64,000 nt of DNA, from contig CM082576.2 of NCBI GenBank assembly GCA_040954595.2, positions 1,958,760 through 2,022,759 of the forward strand, read 5' to 3'. Below, piece by piece: positions 13,740 through 28,700 of this stretch. A model generated the notes under the pieces. That model saw only the letters and a list, made by a program, of their open reading frames with translations. It did no database searches and was not told where the DNA came from. Both the position numbers and the translations under genes were made by a program. Numbering within the stretch: position 1 is the stretch's first letter; every line of letters begins with the position of its first letter. The stretch is from Balanoglossus misakiensis (Eukaryota > Animalia > Hemichordata).

Positions 13740-16700
13740 ATGAATCTTGAGGACGAGCTATTATTTACAGCTCACTCGGGGAAAAGGAAAGCCTTGGAGA
13801 AATTTCTGAAGAAAAATGGCAACAAAGTTGACATCAATTGCTCGTCGAACGACGGCGCGACTCCTCTCATTCAATGTGTACAGGGATCGCGAATGGCGAA
13901 GGATGCGACCAAGAACGAGTATTTACAATGCTGCAGACGGCTGATCGCCGCCGGTGCGGACTTGAACCGTCGAGATCAGCTGGGTCGCACGGCGCTCCAT
14001 TGGGCCGTCTTTTATAACAAATCAGATTTAGTCGCCGAGTTGTTGAACGAGTCAGCCGACCCGAAAATTGAAGACGATGGCGGACAGAATGTGTTTCACT
14101 TTGCCGTGCGAGTACATGCTGTTGAATCCCTCACAGTTTTGTGTGACTTGGGAGATTCGGAGGTAAAGATGCAGTATTGAAGCCTTTTTTGATTCATTCA
14201 TTCATCACGAGCAGTTTTACTACAGCCACAACATGTGTTTAATGATCACCGGTTTTGTGTACACCCCTCCCCCAATCTCATTGTTGTGCCCGACAGGTCG
14301 CTTTTTTATGCAAAGTCCGTCTTTTAGACTTCTTTTCACCTGTCCTGGTCCGAATCAGTGTGCTTTTTAAATGTGAAAAGGTCTGTGTCAAACGACAGTG
14401 CCCCTACGCAGGCACGATTGTTTCCACCAGGGTCGATCATTTCACCGTGTTTCCGTAGTAGCACATACGCTCAAAACATGCTACGGGGAGACAGATGTGT
14501 GGATCAATCGATCCTTTTGATTTGAACAGGAAGTCTTGTTGTACACGGGTCAGTGAAACCGCCCAATACTTCAGAAACCAAGAACAACTGTAGCGCAAAG
14601 TGTTCTTTCTTGTACACCACTGCTAACTGTACGCATGTATACGTGGCGTCTTGAGCGTCCACTGTTGTTATGCCGACCGGGGCAAGGGGTAAGTATTGAA
14701 TATTTAGCAACCAATAGTAATTAGCGTAATTATCACCACTCAAGAGGTGTCAAAAGCATTTCATAGGGGGTTTTCTCAGGGGGGGGGGGGGGGGAGGCAG
14801 TACCTGGCTTCATTATTAGAATTGGGTTAATAGGCTACCTGATTTATTGCCCATTTAATTAAGAAAGAAGGGTTGGATTTTACAACTGTAATTTGTCAAA
14901 GGGCCAAGGACAGAAATGTGACAAAGAATTTGGGTCCTAGTTGATTGTTCAGATTAAAGGTAGTGTCTGATCATGGCCGAGGGTAGGGGATGTATTAGCT
15001 GGTTTGCTTGCCAGTATAGTAGATTAAGTTTGTACTAGTATATTCACATGGAACTCAATCACTTGGGTAGTGACATACCCAAATAATGTTCAGATATTCT
15101 ATTGGTGATACATATCTAAAACAGACATTTACCAGTGAGCACTGTTATAAGACAGTAACATCATTTTGCCCACTTAAAATTATGATGTTTCAAATTCAGC
15201 TTAACTGCACTTGCTCCTTTGAATGTTGTTACAAAGTAATTAGAGGGAATTAGCAAATAGTGACTGTAACTGATAATAATGTTTATTTTTAAACCCATTA
15301 TGCAAAGTAGCCTCTTTCTGCAGTTGAAGCAGATGAGTAAATAAGGCTGTAAAACCGAAGAATGATGAAACATGAAATCCAGAATGTATTCAACATGATA
15401 AAATGGTTCAATATTATAATAAAGTAAATATCTAAAGATTGGGAGGACAGCTGTAGTGTTCCTAATGGGTTTAAAACTAGCTTGGTCACCCTAGTGCTTT
15501 AAGGTTTGGTTTGTCAACCATTAATGATATTTCTTGGAGGTCATTTCCAGAGAAATATGGAAGGTTAGTTTCATTATAAAGGGAGCCTTGTGTATGGTAA
15601 TTGTAGCAGTAAATTGCAGTCCTGCTGATCCAGGGTATATTTATGTTAATATTTAGACAGTCATTTAGTTGATGTGATTCCTGTCAGGTTGGCCATTATG
15701 CCTCATTAGTCATTACCTGGATTTATTTCAAGACCGTTATTCTAGTGTTAAAAGAGAAATGGTTACTCAGCCTTCATCAATGCTTTATGTTTACAAATAC
15801 TTTTGCGTTGAACAATGAAGTTTTGTATTTGCTCTTCAGCAGTGATTTAAACAAAAGGTGAGAATTTTATGAAAAGAGTAACAAACTGCACAAATGAACT
15901 TGCAAAAAAAAACACACCAAAAATTGGATAAAAATTAAGGTGCCGTTTAAGATTAGCCTCGGGTCTGGAAAAAAAGTGCTGTACATTTGTGAAAAGTGGC
16001 CAGTTCAAAAAGGTAAAGTAGTCTGCAGTTTGTGCGACTGCCTTCCTGCCCAATCCAATCTCTTTCAAATCAATGCAAGGTCAAAGCGTTATGAGTCACA
16101 CACACAAACACCATCGTGTTTTATCCAATCCAGTTCTATTCACTGTATGACTCATGATCCTGGGCCATGATCCCTTGTGATTGGAGTCAGATTATTTAAG
16201 TCACTGTCGCTTTTTATTGAGAAGAGGAAGTCATAAAACCAATGGGCATTGATGACTCCCATTTCTGATACATCTATACACCATTTTTGCATCTTGCATT
16301 ATGAATATTAAGTCACTGGAAAAATTTACACATTCATCCTGGTTTTCAAATGTGTCAAGTTGGCGACAACACATAATCATATTCAAAACAGAATGTGAAA
16401 AGCTGTTGATATTTTTAGTCAGAAAAAAGTGAATGCAGTGGTTGAATGGAAATGGATATTTTGGCCCTGAGGTGTATGAAGGAGTACAGTTACATCTTTC
16501 AGTTTTCTATTTTACATCTGTAATCCCCATGAGACAATACCCCCTGCCTCTTCCCAGTCTGTCGTGTTTTTGTGCGCAGGAGGGAAAAAACAAGATTAAT
16601 GTTTAAATGCTGCTGACAAGGAAATAGAAAAGTGAATTTTGTTGGAAGTCTAATTTCCTGTCAGATGGCTTTGTTTGGTTGCAAATAATTAAAATATGTG

Positions 16701-19700
16701 ATGTCAGCCCAAACTCTTTGTTATGGCTTCCGTTAGACTTGGGGTTTCTATTAAAAAGCTGTCTCAAGAGCGTAGATGTACGATATTTGACAATTTGACT
16801 GTCCGGATCTTAGCAGGTGGCACATTGTCGCCGACGGTGTGATGAAATGATGGAATAGTCCCATACAGTGGACCTGATTGAAACAGAATTTAGGCAACTC
16901 ATCATCGCTTTATTTTGTCTTGTACATATATCTGTGATGGAACACACATGTAAATGTAACTGAACTTACTTTGAGCAAAAACAAAATCAGCAGTTTTGAG
17001 TAACTATTATGGATCAACTCCCTAAACTTGAGTATACTGACCAAAAGTTAAAAAAATTCTGATTTATATTATGGCATTCAGAAATTCACTTCATAAATTC
17101 AAATTGTTTGAAATACTTGTATTTTAACTTTTGTTTGTCCATGCTTTTATCAAGTAAGCATTGTGATGGTATATTGTTCTGACCATGTTCTGACTCTGAA
17201 ATTTACATTCCTTAGGGATGGATATTCAGGCATTTTTGTCAGTTTTGTTAATTATTTACGCCTGCGGAAATGGAAGAAATTGATTACAGCATTACACCTT
17301 GTGCTGTGTTTTGTTTTCAATATCCTAGCAACAGTTGCTAAGCAGTACAAAGATCGGGTCAAGTATGTGTATAAGGTCAACAGCAGCTGTTACAAGGGAC
17401 AAGGACGTTTCCAAGGATTTTATGCTTGTTTTGTTAATTAATGGAATTTGATCCCTTGTGTTACTGGAAAAATTAAAAAGAGAGAGACCTCTTTTTCTGG
17501 AATAACTGTTATTTTAATATATGACTATCAACAACATGTATTTATAGCTAGTGTCTGTAATTATTGAATTTAATCAAAAGCAAATTTTTTACTGACATCT
17601 TTGAAATAAGTTAAAATGTAAGTTAGATATCATATAGCACTAACATTCACTATCATAGAATGAAAAGTTGGACAGTTAATTTCTATGATAAAACCATTGA
17701 AATAATGAAAGTTTGTCGTTTTTCTAATCCTGATCATGAATTTTCCCATGAATTCAATCACAGGGCATAAAACTTGACCATGGAGCAAAATTCAGACCCA
17801 CTGAAAGTAGGTTGTGTAAATTTAACTGAATCAAGTGACCATCTGATCGTGGCTATTATGTTTACATGTAACTAGGCAACCACTGCAGAGACGCTATAAC
17901 ACCCAATAGAGCATGTAATATGACTAGCTTTTAATAATCAGTCTCTTGAACACTCACCAAGAAGTGTGAATACTCATTCTCATCTCATTGTATGAATGAA
18001 TGAATAATATTGTGCCTTTTATGTTGAATGCGTGAATTTAAATTTTATGCACCGTTTTTGAAAATAATGAGGATCTAGTTGTGATAATCTTACTTGGTGG
18101 AGGGTAATTTCATTCATGATGTGATTTGAAAAAAAATGCAAGTTTCAAGACAAGTGTGTCTTTTCTGTCCAAGACTGCACAGAGTACTTCTATGGGGTAA
18201 AGAAATAAAAATCTTAAAAAGTGAAAATGAGATGTCTTGTTGCTTTTTTTCCCAAGGTTTTCATGTAACATACAATATATTGCATGATAATAAAATGTTA
18301 ATGTTTCAAGTTTATTATCCTGCTGTTTAAAAATATTTTCCAACTGATCTGAGGACACCTTGCCATGCAATGAGAAAAAGAAAATAAGGTTGCCCTTACA
18401 TTACTGTAACTGTCAGAAATGTAGTCATTAATATTATATGATTGGTGCTTAAAGGTTGATCTTTTGACCCTAGAAGGTTATTCCCACATTTGTCAAAGGT
18501 CATGTTTTTATTTGGTTTGTATGATTAATGAAAACTAATGTTCTCTTGGCATCATGAGAACATAAATTACCCATACCTCTTAAAAGATTTCTGTTTTGAT
18601 GTATTCCATTAATTTCCGACACAGCATTGCTATGGTATCACTAACATGTATATTTTATAAACAGTTTTCATGGAAGTGTGTGCTGTAATGGACTCTCAGT
18701 AAGGCAAAGTGTTTGTCTGGCTTCTTGCATAAGTGTTCCATTTTCAGAGAAATCTGGAAGTCAGTCGGTTCATCCAGAAGAAATCCTGCTGTTTTCTATG
18801 GAAAAAATGACACGAATAATTCACGAAGATTTTGCTAGATATGTGGAAGTTGTCAGGGAATGCAGTATTAAGGAAACTACCATACTTCAGGGGTGTATAT
18901 ATTAGCTATTTTAAGCTCAATGTTAATTAGTCGACAAAATTTCAAAAGTAGGCAATTAAATCCAAGAGGATATAATTGTTAGAGAGGGAAGGGATGACAG
19001 AGGGTGTTCTTTTTGGCAGAAAAGTAACTGATTAGAAAAGGCAAAGTAAACTGTCTTTTTGTCAACCTGCTGGCTACTGGCTTGTATATACACCTGTGTT
19101 ACTACAAATATAATGCCAAGTAACATTGGATTTTGTGTCACTGTACGATCTCATTGAAAAGACAAGATTAATCTGTCCAGCCTTGACTATTGTTGCATTG
19201 AACACTGTCCAACACAACAAAACAGGAACAGTTCCATTGTTATCATTTTGGATTTTTGTAATTTCCTTTCACCAGATTGAATTCCCAGGATTGGTTAGGT
19301 CATCATGACATGTGTTAACAATGTCGTGAAGTACAAAATGTAAATGTTGAGCTGGTTGTATGGAGAAGTTATTCAGCGCTCCCTAACCCTGTACAATAAT
19401 CTCTTGAATGAGAAATACGACACTGTCAAAATAGTCAATAAATGTCACTTTGGATTAGTTGTAAAAATTAATGTAATTAGCAAAGAAGTCAAATGTTGAG
19501 AAGATACACAATGCCAGCATTTCTCTTACTCTGCAAGGTTCAAATAATCTATGGTTTATCTCAGCATAAGTAAATGTGTATATGAAGCATCTGAAAGAAG
19601 GACAACATTCATTCACGGGCAACACGACACCATTGCATGTGCAATTAAACCGTCATAATTGCATCAGAATAAATGCACTGATGACGTAAATAGCCATACA

Positions 19701-22700
19701 TATGATCTGTAAACCCATTCAGTTGAATCCCCTAACCATCACAAGGGTAGACCATATGCTTGCTGTGTATCTACAGAAAAGCCATTTGAGTCAACCAGTG
19801 GGGGATGAAATTGCCTGAAATTAATTCTTTGTTGGATATTTAAAGTTTTTAGCTCTCACATGATGACAGGACATGTGCGGATATGCATTTGAATCTAAAG
19901 GACAAATAAAAGTCTCTTTTATTTGTTCTTTTTGAATGGAAAACTACTGAAATATCACTGTTTACATGTGATCAATCTTTAATAGTGTGGCTGATGAAAT
20001 AAAAATATTGAAGCTGGAGTTTGTAGTTTTATTTCCAGACTGAGCCATAGCAACGGACACACAGTCACATGACTTGTCTTAAGGATCAATTGCATTTCAT
20101 TAATTGCCATGGCAACAAGTTATGGACACCATTTTCATTTACGTGTATGTGTGAACGTCAGCAGGCAGTCGCAGTGACCTGTTATCATGTCTGTCAACAG
20201 AAGACACACCTGAACAAGAGACGGTCTTGATGAAATCTATTCACTTGTGCCATTGAAGAGCTCAGTGCATTGTTATCACATCTGTTGCAGCAAATAAAAT
20301 ACAGCTAGCCTTATTCTCACCATTCAATAGTTTTGCATGTATCCCCAGAGGAAGTATTGATGTCAGTGTGTATTTACTGTTTCAGCCATGTTCCCTGTTG
20401 TCCACAGCAGTTTAATAAACCTATAGATCATTTTCGGAACTTGAATTTGAACTCCGCCTGTCAAAACAGTGATTATCCGTCAGATCTTGAATGAACTAGA
20501 AATTTGATTCATTCTTTTATTACCATTTATCACTCTGGCGTTTATTGAATTTAATGTACATTTATCTTCACAGTCATCAGAAAGTCTTTATATCTGCCGT
20601 TTTCTCCCACATAAATTTATTGCTTTGTATTTTATTTATTTCCGACTGAAATACAAAATGTGTATCACTGATAAGCACTAAAGCAGCGATCAGTTTTTTG
20701 TTTTGAGCACCTTCAGAAAACTGTTTCTGCCAATTTTTCAATAATGTAACAATGTGTTATATGAACAATGATAAAGAGTAAATATGAGGTTTGTTTCCAT
20801 GGTGACAGTCACACAGAAAGCACCCATACAGCGTATCAGAGAAATAAACTATTTATCAACATCGCTTAATACCCAAAGGGAAATGTTAAAATATTGAAAT
20901 CTACCATGTATAAGTTATATCTGAATGTGTTTTGTACTGGTAAATTACATACATTTTATGACAGTTAACTATTATTCAGGTGACCAATTCTGGCAAACAT
21001 TTGATGGCATACAGAGACAGGGGAATTTCTTGACCATAATCATGTTAATTAATGCACTGATGTAATAGACTGTTTTCTCTTTACTAAGTAAAAATTGGTT
21101 TCATTGTCCATGCTATGGAGAAGATAGAGTCCCACAGGTACAAACAACATCCATTGACCTAGTAGTGATACATCTTAATGTATCAGAAGTCTACAGATTT
21201 TATTGTTCAATTGCATTTTACTTGAATTCATCACGTAATCAATTAATCCAGAAGGGACAGCAACAGAATTCCAGCAAAGAAAAAAAAATGATTTATATGA
21301 ATTTCACTGTACAGTTTTGTGCATTAATAGGATTGCCTCGGACAAAAATGTATTGCCGTCCAGTGGTAAATTCAATAGACCTCATAAACTTCATATTCAA
21401 TAAATCACATGTATGAATTGAATGTGTTATGGGAACATCATTTTGTTGGTGTTGGTTGCTAGGTAACAAGAAATAGTTGAAGCTTTGGATCACTGACAAT
21501 GCAGGTCAGACAAATAAAACAATTTTTAAAGTAAAATTGGGGAACCTACAATCCCATGACCCTGATCCAAACAACTGAGGAACTGCCCTGGGGTGTCCTG
21601 ACTTTGCATATTCTGACCCTGTATCTTAATTGGCCAATGAATGCTCTTCTCAGGATTATGTCATTGGTGGCTCATCTCTTGAATGAAAATCAAACGCCAT
21701 TGGCGAAACCTTTCATCAAAATTGAGAAAACATAATACATAGAAACAGAATTCCACGACCTTTGCATGTGATCTAAACAATGCATCAGTAACTTTTTTCT
21801 CATAATGTGAAGTATTCTCTGCTTTCAGTACTCACTGCGCTCCTGAAAGAACTGCCGTAGGATAGACCACATCTTCTTGAAAATAATTTCTCTATTGCAC
21901 AGAGGTTATTGAGTTAACTTTGATGTATGGAATCTCAACAGAGCAAAGTATAGAGCAGATACGTGCATGGTTTTTTACAAGACTTGGGGAATATGGGTAA
22001 AAAGTCTGGGGATTCCTGTAGCGCGAGAGCTGCATTGATATGATTGCATTGAAATTCAAAGTGGAACCCCCAATTTAAAGCGGAAATAGAAGTATTTACG
22101 GAGGATTAAGCTTTCTGCTTCTCATTTTAAATACATGTCTGGACGTGGTGAAATAACATCACTGAAGGCAGCTCCTGTAGACATGAATTTCTAGAGTTGT
22201 AGTAAACAAACAATGAAGCAGCCTTACGTATTTGATTATAAATTGTATTTGAAGTAGATTCTAGTGGTTTATTCCCAAAACATGCAACAAATAATAATAC
22301 TTTTGTGGCAGAAGTGTGTGTTGCATATTAAGGCTTGTTCTTGTCTCCGTCACTATGTAAATGTCTTCAGTCCCAGGGATTGAGCATGTCCAGTTTGAAG
22401 GATGTGATATCCTGGAAAAAATTTACCAGGGTAACACTGCTGTGAGCACTAGATAGACACAAGAACTGATACTGTGGCGCGTATATTTGTCTATTTCCCA
22501 GTGGTAATTATTTCTAGGTGGCTACATTGTATCTTCTCCGCTTTCCGTATGCCTGGACCGCAGGTCATCCCACTGACTGATAACAAACATCATCTGATGC
22601 ATGATGCATATCCGATTGGCTCCATTTTACCTGTGGATGAAAGTCTTACCCATCAATTTCAAGCAACCAGAATGATGATGATCACGTTGGTGCCTATATT

Positions 22701-25700
22701 TTTTTTTCTTCAGGTTCTTGAGGAGTCCAATAGCAAAGGAGTGCCATTGATCATTTATGCCATCCAGCAGGGCCACCTAGATAGCTGCCAAGTCTTAGTT
22801 ACTGCTGGGGTAAATGTGAACAAAAAGGAAGAGAGCGGTGTTAACAGGACAGCTCTTCACTGTGCAATAGAAGACAAACGACTGGATCTGCTCGACTTTT
22901 TACTGAGGTAAGTTCAGATGTTAGCTGTCACCATACCAGGGTGCTGTTGTTGTTTTCGTTTTCATAAAAATGTTTGGAATCATGAATTTCTGCTATAGGT
23001 TGGTTCATGTGTTGCGTCACACTCATTTAAGCTCTAAAAGTAGTTCATACAAGGTCACATGATTCTGTCATCCTTGTTTCCATGTAGATCTCCAAAACTA
23101 ATTTCAATTTCATGAATATTTGATATGACACATCTATATACATGAATACATGTAGGTTTCGTTGTCAATCAAATTGCAGATACAAAATGTTTGGATATTT
23201 CCTAAAATTTCAAGAAAAACTAAGAGAAACAAAATTAATGCTTTTCCCAGTAATTCACATCTAGCAAGTTGTGATGTTATCAACATATCTGGCCTTGACA
23301 GGATTGTGTTGCGTAGTACGGTATATATAGCAACCAAGACATTGGCCACATACTGGTGGTGTGCATATATGTGTGGTATATAGCAACCGAGAAAATGACT
23401 GTACAATAGTTGTGGAGTGTACAGACTTTGCTGTTTCCATTCAAATGCTAACCCCCGTGCTTGATTTGAATTAGTTAAAGCCTGATGTCTTGTTTGCCCA
23501 GTTGAATTGAGAGCCAGGACAGCTTTGAAAACCGGGTATTGTGATGCGTTGTTCCTTGAGTAAACTCACAGACCATGCTTAGCGATGTGAACACGACACC
23601 TGTATTCAACACAATCAAAGCGTAGTATTGTGGAAGTGTTTGATTGCCGCCAAAATAATCCAGCTCCCACTTGAGGGATCTATGGAAACAAGCAAACTGT
23701 AGAACTCGGGAATTTCAGTGATTTATATTGTTCTGGTTAAATCAAAGTGAGTTTTTCAACTTATGCTTTGATTCAAGAGATATCAAGTTAAGTAGTTAAT
23801 GTCTACAGGTATATACAGTCTTGCTACTCTACAAAAGTGGTGTATTGTTTGCCAGGTTAACTTTTCTTTAATTTTTGTAATTTTTTACAGTCATAAAATT
23901 TTTTACATCACAGAATCAGAAATCATCGATTGGCTTTAAAAGTGAAAAACTAGTTTCAGGTTTTTCCGTTTCTCTCTAAGTGTACTGTAGTATATCCTGC
24001 ATATACCTGAACCTCTAGTGAATGTCATGAGAGAGTTCTAAAATTTTAAGTGGTGGTGATAATATTGCGGTACTGATGCCATTTCAGGAATGGAGGCCGA
24101 GTGGATATTGTTGATGCCAACGACATCACAGTTGTAGATCTAGTGTGTATGGACAGTAATTGCAGGTATCTACAAACAATCATCAAATACCTGAAGGAGA
24201 AGACAATGACTACTCTAAGCTCTGCCAATGAGAAAGGAATCACGCCGTTGATGATTGCTTGCCAGAAAGGCAATGTTCAACAAGTCAAGTTGCTCATCAA
24301 GGAAGGGGTATGTACATGGAGTGGCGCATACTTTAATTCTTTGTTTGGTCATCTCCATGGAAGGGGTTGTTGTCACAGACTGTTTGGCAGGTTATCAGAT
24401 GATGTCATGCCTTGTGGACTTCTTAGGGTAATGGGGACTTATTGTATAGTAGTGTTTTATTATACAAATTTTGTCATCTGCAGTGTATTTTTCGTTTGTC
24501 CTCTTATACGTTGTGAGACAAGTCACACAGTTTTCAGAAGATAGAAAGCCATTGTGTGTAGCTACTGTCCTTACAGTCTGCCAACATTTTTATCGCATCC
24601 TCGTTGTGCTTAGATGTCAAACTGATGGACAGATATTAATATTTATAGCCACTTGTATCCATAGCATTATTTGTTAACATTGTGAATAAGACGTTCCTCA
24701 TGAGTGATATTCTAATGCATCAGATAAATTGACAGCACAGAGGCAGGTGGCTAGCGCATAGCAACCATCCAAGAAACTTGATATATCTTGAGACCATACA
24801 ACAGGATAACTGATTCTGTTTAATCACTTGTAATCTGGTTCATCTAATGCAGTGCTGTAAAAGGAGACTGGTGTCTGTGTTCCTGTCTTGTGCATTGTTA
24901 CCGTATATGGTAGAAATAAAAATTACCACTCTGTGTTGATCTTCAATATCAGATATTGATCGCTGATATTTTTCTTCAAGGCTAAATTTCATATTCTGTC
25001 TTCAGTACATGAAGTCTTTGTCTACTGTTTATATAGAAGGATGACATTTCGTTTCTTACATATCCTCACGCTTTATGGCAAGTTTCATATTTGTCATGTA
25101 TACAGTTCTGTCAAGTGAGAAAGTACGCAAATGCATCAAACAGCGCACGTGCAAGAAAGAAATACCCATGTAATTAATGTATGAATATCATTTCTTTGTG
25201 TAAAGAATTATGTTGTTGTTACTTCAGATCATGTTACCAGAATATCGTTCATGTTTCATATCATCACTGACACAGAGCAACTGTACTGCAGCAGAACTTC
25301 TGGGGCAATTAGGGATAACCGGGCCACTATCATTTAATTTTCAGAAAGCAGTAAAATTCATTTTATCACAACAATGCAATTTATCCATCTTCATGTCAGA
25401 ACGTTATGAAGAGAATATTACCGACTAACAGGCTATTAATAGGAATGGATGTACTGAACTTTTGCCTAGGGGAACGTTATACGAAGTCTGATAATTGCTT
25501 TTTGTAGACCATACCAAAATCCTGATGTTACCTGAATATGATTTTAGAATATTATGTCATTATTGTAATGTCTTTTTCATACCTCTGTAAGATCAGTGTC
25601 TCTAGCAACTTTCATCAAAATTGGTGCAGGAACTCTGACTTAACAGACTAACAAGCATGTTTAAATGGAGCCTACAGATGCAGATAAATATTCAGAAATT

Positions 25701-28700
25701 GGATATTGAATATGAATTGGTTTAACAGCCAATCCTGCAACTAAATATAATGAGGAATTCTCCTTCTGGCCTTCTCCAGGTTCCCTTGGACACAAGATGC
25801 AACAAAGGGAAGACAGCATTACACTACACAGTGGAAAACAAAGAAGCAGACTGCGCAGAGGCTTTGCTGGAAGCCAACAGCAGCATTGCTGATATCAGAG
25901 ACAAAGATGGACATACAGCATTACACTTGGCCACCATCGGTGCTAATAAAGTGTTGGTTACAGTACTAATTAAATATGGTGATATTAATGGCACCGATCA
26001 TGAGAAACACACGCCTGTTCACTGGGCTACTGGTAAGACACGACATAAGATAGTCTTTGTCAGGGAGGTTATACATGTATGACTCTTGTCACGTATAAAA
26101 TCACTGCAAAACATATTGTGAATTCAATCTATTTAGGTCATATTTAGAAATTTACACTTCTGGTGTAATTTAATACACCTTTCATTCAAAATGGAATGCA
26201 CAAAAATTCCCTGTATAACTAGAGCACTATACTTTTTATTCACAGTTTGTGGTCATGGAGAACTAATTGAATTCCTGATTCAGAACGGTGCCGACCCTTC
26301 ACTGCCTGATGTTCATGATGCTTATCCCATGCACTATGCGGCACAAATGTGCGGCGACAGCCAGGTACAGCACCTTGGATTACGCTGTCTTAAATCACTT
26401 CTCAAGAACAAAGCTGCCTTTGATTGTAAAGACAACAATGGCCGCCAGCCATTGCTATGGGCGGCCAGTGCAGGCAGCAGTGCAGCCTGTCAAATGTTGG
26501 TGCAAGCAGGTGCCTTCGTCATGGCAACTGATAAGGATAAACTAACAGGTAAGTTCTACTGCTTGGGTATTGCCAAGATAAGAGTGCTGACACTCCATCA
26601 TATAATGTGATAGACACCTAGGTCGTTTTGCGTCAATTTTCTTCGCAACACCGACAATTCTAAACAAGGGCAAAGATGAACTGATGCTTGGGGGCACTGT
26701 CTATGTCATTATGGTACACAGAAAACAAATAAGACAAAAACCATGGCAACAGTGAAGAGATGTAAATAGGATTTCTGATAAGCTCCAAGTGGTTAAGATG
26801 AAAGCTTCGTTATGAGGATTATGTTCCTGTAAACACACATGACATCCATGGTTTTCTTTCCATCTATGTCAGTTGCCTTGGTAACCGAATTGGTGAAAGA
26901 CATTTCCTTCCCACAAAGTGATCAGTTGTTAACTGTAACAATAATAATGGATAGCCGTCAACAAAATTTGAAGCTGTCAGAAAAAATGTGATAAACCTGA
27001 CCAAATGAAAGATGAATTGTTATTATATTTGCATAATTGATAGGTACTTACAAGTAACTAGGTACAGTGTTATATATCATCATCAATTGACTCTGAGGTC
27101 TCTTCCATTAGTAACATTTACATTTGGCTCTTTTTTTAAACAATTGTCATAAATTTTGTTCCATATTATATATAGAATATTTTCCTTTGATTATTGGTTG
27201 ATAATCTACCCTGTACCATTTAGTTTATATCTACAATTCTTGCAATAGTTAAAAAGAATCCTCAAAATTGCATATTGATAGATTTTGTTGTTTTTCCCAT
27301 CTTGAATGACAGCCCTTCACTGTTCAGCTAGCCGAGGTCATCAAGAGTGCGTGAAGACGCTGGTTGCAGATTGTAGATCTGATGTGGATGCCAAGGATAA
27401 GAATGGCTGTACTCCGTTATTCTATGCCTTGACTCTGGGACACATCAAATGTGTGGCTTTACTGCTGGAGTACAATGCCAGTACTACAACACAAGACATC
27501 AAAGGTAGAAGGTAAGGAAATTTCATTTTTTCACCCATGTTTGTCAGATTCCTATCCTCCTGGGGAAAGCCCCTGAAAATCCTGGAAAAATGAAATTTAC
27601 GCCCAGAAAGCATATTTGCCCATTTGATAAAATGTTTATAAGTATGATTTTTGTTCATTAATTTGGTGAAGGCACAAATCTTTCCCAGAAAATAGTCTTC
27701 AGATTTACAAAAATAACTAAAATATCCACACTACACCCATAGAACCTCAAGAATAACTCCATTCTGTCTGTATTTTTCATGCAAACGTGTTTGATAATTG
27801 ACTTCATATCCACTTATAGCCAGTCTGCAGATTGAAATGTTTCTATCAAACTTTTGACCTCGGGCTGGTTAACTATTATTACTAATGACAAAATCCGTAG
27901 TCACGACTTATACAGTAATGTGTGTGTGTTGGATCACATACAGGAGCCTTGTCATGTGATCTCTGCATTTATATTTTGAGTGTAAATGTTAAGTGTGTTG
28001 TACTTATGCATTGAAAGAAAAACAAGGCTCAGGTTCTCAATACTTCAGATGGAAAACATCTGCATAGAGAAAGGATGGCAATTTAGATTTAAACTGTGAG
28101 GGCAGTATATGCAGTGTATGGTTGAAACTTACTGGTCATAAAGAGTCGTTTATGGTCCTTTGACACTGTTAAACTTGATGTTAGCCTTTCTATTTCACAA
28201 TGAATGATGTAGTAAAATTGAACCAATAAAGGCCCTTTAATGTTTATAACAGTTTGTGATGAGGATTTGTAACAATTGTTGTGCCGTTGTTATGAATGGC
28301 CACAATGACAGTTTTAATGCACTACCTGAACAAATCAACATGACAATAGCTCTTAGATTGCAATAGCTGTTAACTGTAAGGTCACCTCTGGTTGCTATAG
28401 TAAACTTGTTTAACGTTCGATACTTAGTCAGCCGGCAGCGTGAAACACTTTGGGGGAATATCATCAGCCCATTCAAAAGCAACTGGTGTTTTTTGCCCTG
28501 GCTGTTTTCAATCCTGAATATGAAGGTACGGATGTATAGTAATGTCTTTTCGTCCATTTCTTTCTGCTTGACATGAGGTTGTCTGGGACAAATGCATTAA
28601 GACAGTGTTTTCAATAGCTATTATCTTGGTCTATTCAGTGTGGCGTGTTCAAATGCAGTCAAGTGTCCTCCGCACACTTAGGAAAAACGGTCATATATCA